DNA of 63,979 nucleotides, counting the filler, from an uncultured Methanosarcinales archaeon (lineage in GTDB: Archaea > Nanobdellota > Nanobdellia > Woesearchaeales > CAYXTQ01), in the NCBI GenBank assembly GCA_964608065.1. It is 3 parts of 3 records of this genome, joined end to end, with 100 filler letters (N's around TTAATTAATTAA, not from the genome) between each part and the next. Parts side by side here need not be neighbours in the genome. Positions count along the whole stretch, not along the records: positions 47,106 to 63,979 come from CAZSMA010000025.1; 2 more parts are not named here. One strand, written 5' to 3'. A program made the translations under genes and the position numbers. The notes beneath the pieces are model-generated. The model was not told where the DNA came from. It saw only the letters and a list, made by a program, of their open reading frames with translations, and searched no databases. Shown here piece by piece: positions 61,414-63,979 of the stretch (its first letter is position 1; each line of letters begins with the position of its first letter).

Positions 61414-62610
61414 ATGCAGCCTTGGACAAAGACATATCAACCAGAAAAGATTAAAGATATCATTGGACAAGATTTAGCTATAAAATCTTTAAAAGAATTT
61501 ATCCTTAATTTCAAGAAACAAAAAAAAAAAAGTGCTCTGCTCTACGGACCCTCTGGAACTGGAAAAACATGTTCAGTATATGCTTTAGCAAAAGATTTAG
61601 GAGTTGAAATTTATGAAATCAATGCATCTGACATAAGAAACAAAGATCAAATCAACTCTAAACTTGGTGCTGTTATCAACCAACACAGCTTATTCTCAAA
61701 AGGAAAAATAATTCTAGTTGATGAGGTGGATGGTTTATCAGGAACAAAAGATCGTGGAGGACTACAAGCTTTAATAAAACTTATTCAAAAAACAACATTC
61801 CCGATAATCCTTACTGCAATGAACCCGTGGGATTATAAGTTTGGTTCTTTAAGAGGTAAAACTAATCTTATTGAATTCAAACCAGTGGATTATATGTCAA
61901 TATTTAAAATACTAAAAGAAATATGTAAAAATGAAAAAATTAAAGCAAAAGACGAAATCTTAAAATCATTAGCAAGAATATCTGGTGGAGATTTAAGAGC
62001 AGCTATAAATGATCTTCAAAGCTCTTATGAAAAAAATAAAAATCTTGAAATTGAGGATTTAGGAGAAAGAAATAAAGTAGAAACTATGATTAACGCTTTG
62101 ATAAAGATTTTCAAAACAACAGACCCTAATATTGCAAAAAACAGTTTTGATGATGTTGAAGAAAACACAGACAGTATTTTTCTCTGGATTGATGAAAATC
62201 TTCCTTTAGAGTATACTAAACCAGAAGACTTAGTAAGAGCCTATGACAAACTAAGCAAAGCAGATGTCTTTAGAGGAAGGATTAGAAGATGGCAACATTG
62301 GAGATACTTAATTTACATAAATGATTTACTCACAATAGGTATTGCATTATCAAAAGATGAAAAATATAAGAAATATGTTCAATACAAGCCAACATCACGT
62401 TTACTAAAACTATGGTGGGCAAAACAGAAATCATTGAAAAAGAAAGCCATAGCACAAAAAATTGCTTCTCACACACACACTTCTACAAAGCAGGCAATAA
62501 AAAATATTGATTACTTCAAAATAATTTTTAAAAAAAATAAAGATATGGCTGGAACCATTAGTAAACAATTAGACCTAGATAAAGAAGAAATTTCTTGGAT
62601 GAAAAAATAA
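61414..62610 (+). CDS. rfcL: Replication factor C large subunit
   Basis: WTKTYQP, GPSGTGKT, EINASD, LVDEVDG, GDLRAAIND, WIDEN. Confidence 0.94.
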   Translation: MQPWTKTYQPEKIKDIIGQDLAIKSLKEFILNFKKQKKKSALLYGPSGTGKTCSVYALAKDLGVEIYEINASDIRNKDQINSKLGAVINQHSLFSKGKIILVDEVDGLSGTKDRGGLQALIKLIQKTTFPIILTAMNPWDYKFGSLRGKTNLIEFKPVDYMSIFKILKEICKNEKIKAKDEILKSLARISGGDLRAAINDLQSSYEKNKNLEIEDLGERNKVETMINALIKIFKTTDPNIAKNSFDDVEENTDSIFLWIDENLPLEYTKPEDLVRAYDKLSKADVFRGRIRRWQHWRYLIYINDLLTIGIALSKDEKYKKYVQYKPTSRLLKLWWAKQKSLKKKAIAQKIASHTHTSTKQAIKNIDYFKIIFKKNKDMAGTISKQLDLDKEEISWMKK

Positions 62611-62688
62611 ATAAAAAAAAAAGAAAAGTTTAAATATAAAAAAAATATCTTAATTTCATTATCGACGATACACTCTTAAAGTAAAAAA

Positions 62689-63093
62689 ATGACTGAACTT
62701 GAACCATTTGGACCGCATCTAACCATTGATGCCTCAGGTTGTAACATAGAGAAACTAAAAGATGCAGGTTTAGTATATGATATCCTACTTAATTTACCTA
62801 CTTTAATGGGAATGACTCCAATGACTCTCCCATATGTTGTAAAATGGAAAGACAAGTGGGCAGACACTCCAGGAGTATCTGGATTTGTAATGATTGCTGA
62901 AAGTCATATTAGCATCCATACTTTTCCAGAAGAAAATTATGTTTTTATTGATGTTTTTTCTTGTAAAGGATTTGATATAGATAAAGCAGCTGAATATTTA
63001 ACAAAAGCCTTTGATGCAAAAAAAAGCGAAAAAAATGTTGTAAAAAGAGGATTAGACTTCCCAAGAAGGGAAATGATGGTTGAACAAAGATAA
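62689..63093 (+). CDS. speD: S-adenosylmethionine decarboxylase proenzyme
   Basis: FGPHL, GVSGFVMIAESHISIHTFPE, DVFSC. Confidence 0.93.
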   Translation: MTELEPFGPHLTIDASGCNIEKLKDAGLVYDILLNLPTLMGMTPMTLPYVVKWKDKWADTPGVSGFVMIAESHISIHTFPEENYVFIDVFSCKGFDIDKAAEYLTKAFDAKKSEKNVVKRGLDFPRREMMVEQR

Positions 63094-63125
63094 TATTTTT
63101 AAATAAACTCTGCTTCTTAATTGAA

Positions 63126-63979
63126 ATGAACATTCCAGATAACTTTTTAGGATTAGGTGAAAACTTCACAGATTACAATAAAAGCAAAGTAGCAATAACT
63201 CAAATCCCATATGAAGGCACAGTTACATATGGAAAAGGAACTGCTAAAGGTCCTAAAGCAATAATTGAAGCTTCTAAAGAAGTAGAATTGTATGATGATG
63301 AATTAGATTACATACCTTGCGATGTTGGAATCTCAACTTTAAAACCAATTAATGTTCAGGGAAATCCTAAAGAAGTAAACAATAATATATACAACGAAAC
63401 AAAGAAAAATATCAAAGAAGATAAATTCCTAATAACTTTAGGTGGAGAACATTCTATAACTTCAGGAATAGTAAAAGCATTCAAAGAAAAATATAATGAT
63501 TTATCAGTTCTACAGCTAGATGCACATTCTGATTTAAGAGATAGTTATGAAGGTTCTAAATTAAGTCATGCATGTCCTATGAAAAGAATTTTTGATTTAG
63601 GATTAAAGTTCGCTCAAGTTGGAATAAGGAGTGTTAGCGAAGAAGAAATTCCTTTTATTAAACAAAACAAGTTAAAAATATTCTTCGCAAGAGATATCTA
63701 CAACAACAATAAGTGGTTTAAAGAAGTTATAGATTCTTTAACAGAAAATGTTTACATCACAATTGACTTAGATGTTTTTGACCCAAGCATTATGCCTGCT
63801 GTTGGAACACCAGAACCTGGTGGATTAAATTGGTATAATGTAATAAATTTGTTAAAAGAAGTTTTTAAAAAAAGAAATGTTGTTGGTTGCGATGTAGTAG
63901 AACTAAGTCCTGTCAAAGATAATATTGTTTCTGATTTTACAGCAGCTAAACTAGTGTATAAGTTAATAGGATATAAGTT
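63126..63979 (+). CDS. speB: Agmatinase (runs off window end; not in ORF track)
   Basis: GGEHS, DAHSD, SHAC, DLDVFDP, GTPEPGG, DVVE. Confidence 0.93.
   Translation, partial: MNIPDNFLGLGENFTDYNKSKVAITQIPYEGTVTYGKGTAKGPKAIIEASKEVELYDDELDYIPCDVGISTLKPINVQGNPKEVNNNIYNETKKNIKEDKFLITLGGEHSITSGIVKAFKEKYNDLSVLQLDAHSDLRDSYEGSKLSHACPMKRIFDLGLKFAQVGIRSVSEEEIPFIKQNKLKIFFARDIYNNNKWFKEVIDSLTENVYITIDLDVFDPSIMPAVGTPEPGGLNWYNVINLLKEVFKKRNVVGCDVVELSPVKDNIVSDFTAAKLVYKLIGYK

Overview
AT-rich archaeal DNA, most consistent with a DPANN (Woesearchaeota-like) genome. The evidence is GGAGGTGA Shine-Dalgarno sites, TTTATA boxes, an intron-containing tRNA-Phe, RFC-L, a single-OB SSB and a FlaI/TadA+FlaJ/TadC pilus system, alongside several bacterial-type genes. 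The window is three contigs joined by artificial N/TTAATTAATTAA linkers (24102-24201, 47006-47105), and it shows homopolymer errors and chimeric contig ends. Contig 1 carries an AcpS/MFS/acyl-ligase-ACP-PlsC/hydrolase operon, pcm, and nrdR with tandem NrdR boxes. Its nrdD contains an intein, and the glycyl-radical domain is a separate small gene followed by a glutaredoxin and nrdG. It also has dcd, ferredoxin, gdhA, a metal-homeostasis cluster with unannotated GCCCC peptides, iscS and a LAGLIDADG ORF. Contig 2 is the highlight: a gas vesicle locus (gvpA, repeat-rich gvpC-like, gvpN, an ORF, gvpO). Around it are a sensor-less histidine kinase, a REC-PadR regulator, ParA plus a partner, several PadR/ArsR regulators and an Hsp20-Cdc48 operon. 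Seven copies of the palindrome TRTCG-N5-CGAYA link these units, and decayed integrative-element genes and a HEPN gene flank the locus. Contig 3 is housekeeping: aspS, aminopeptidase, translin, type IV pilus-like ATPase and platform, tRNA-Phe, SSB, glyS, rfcL, speD and speB.
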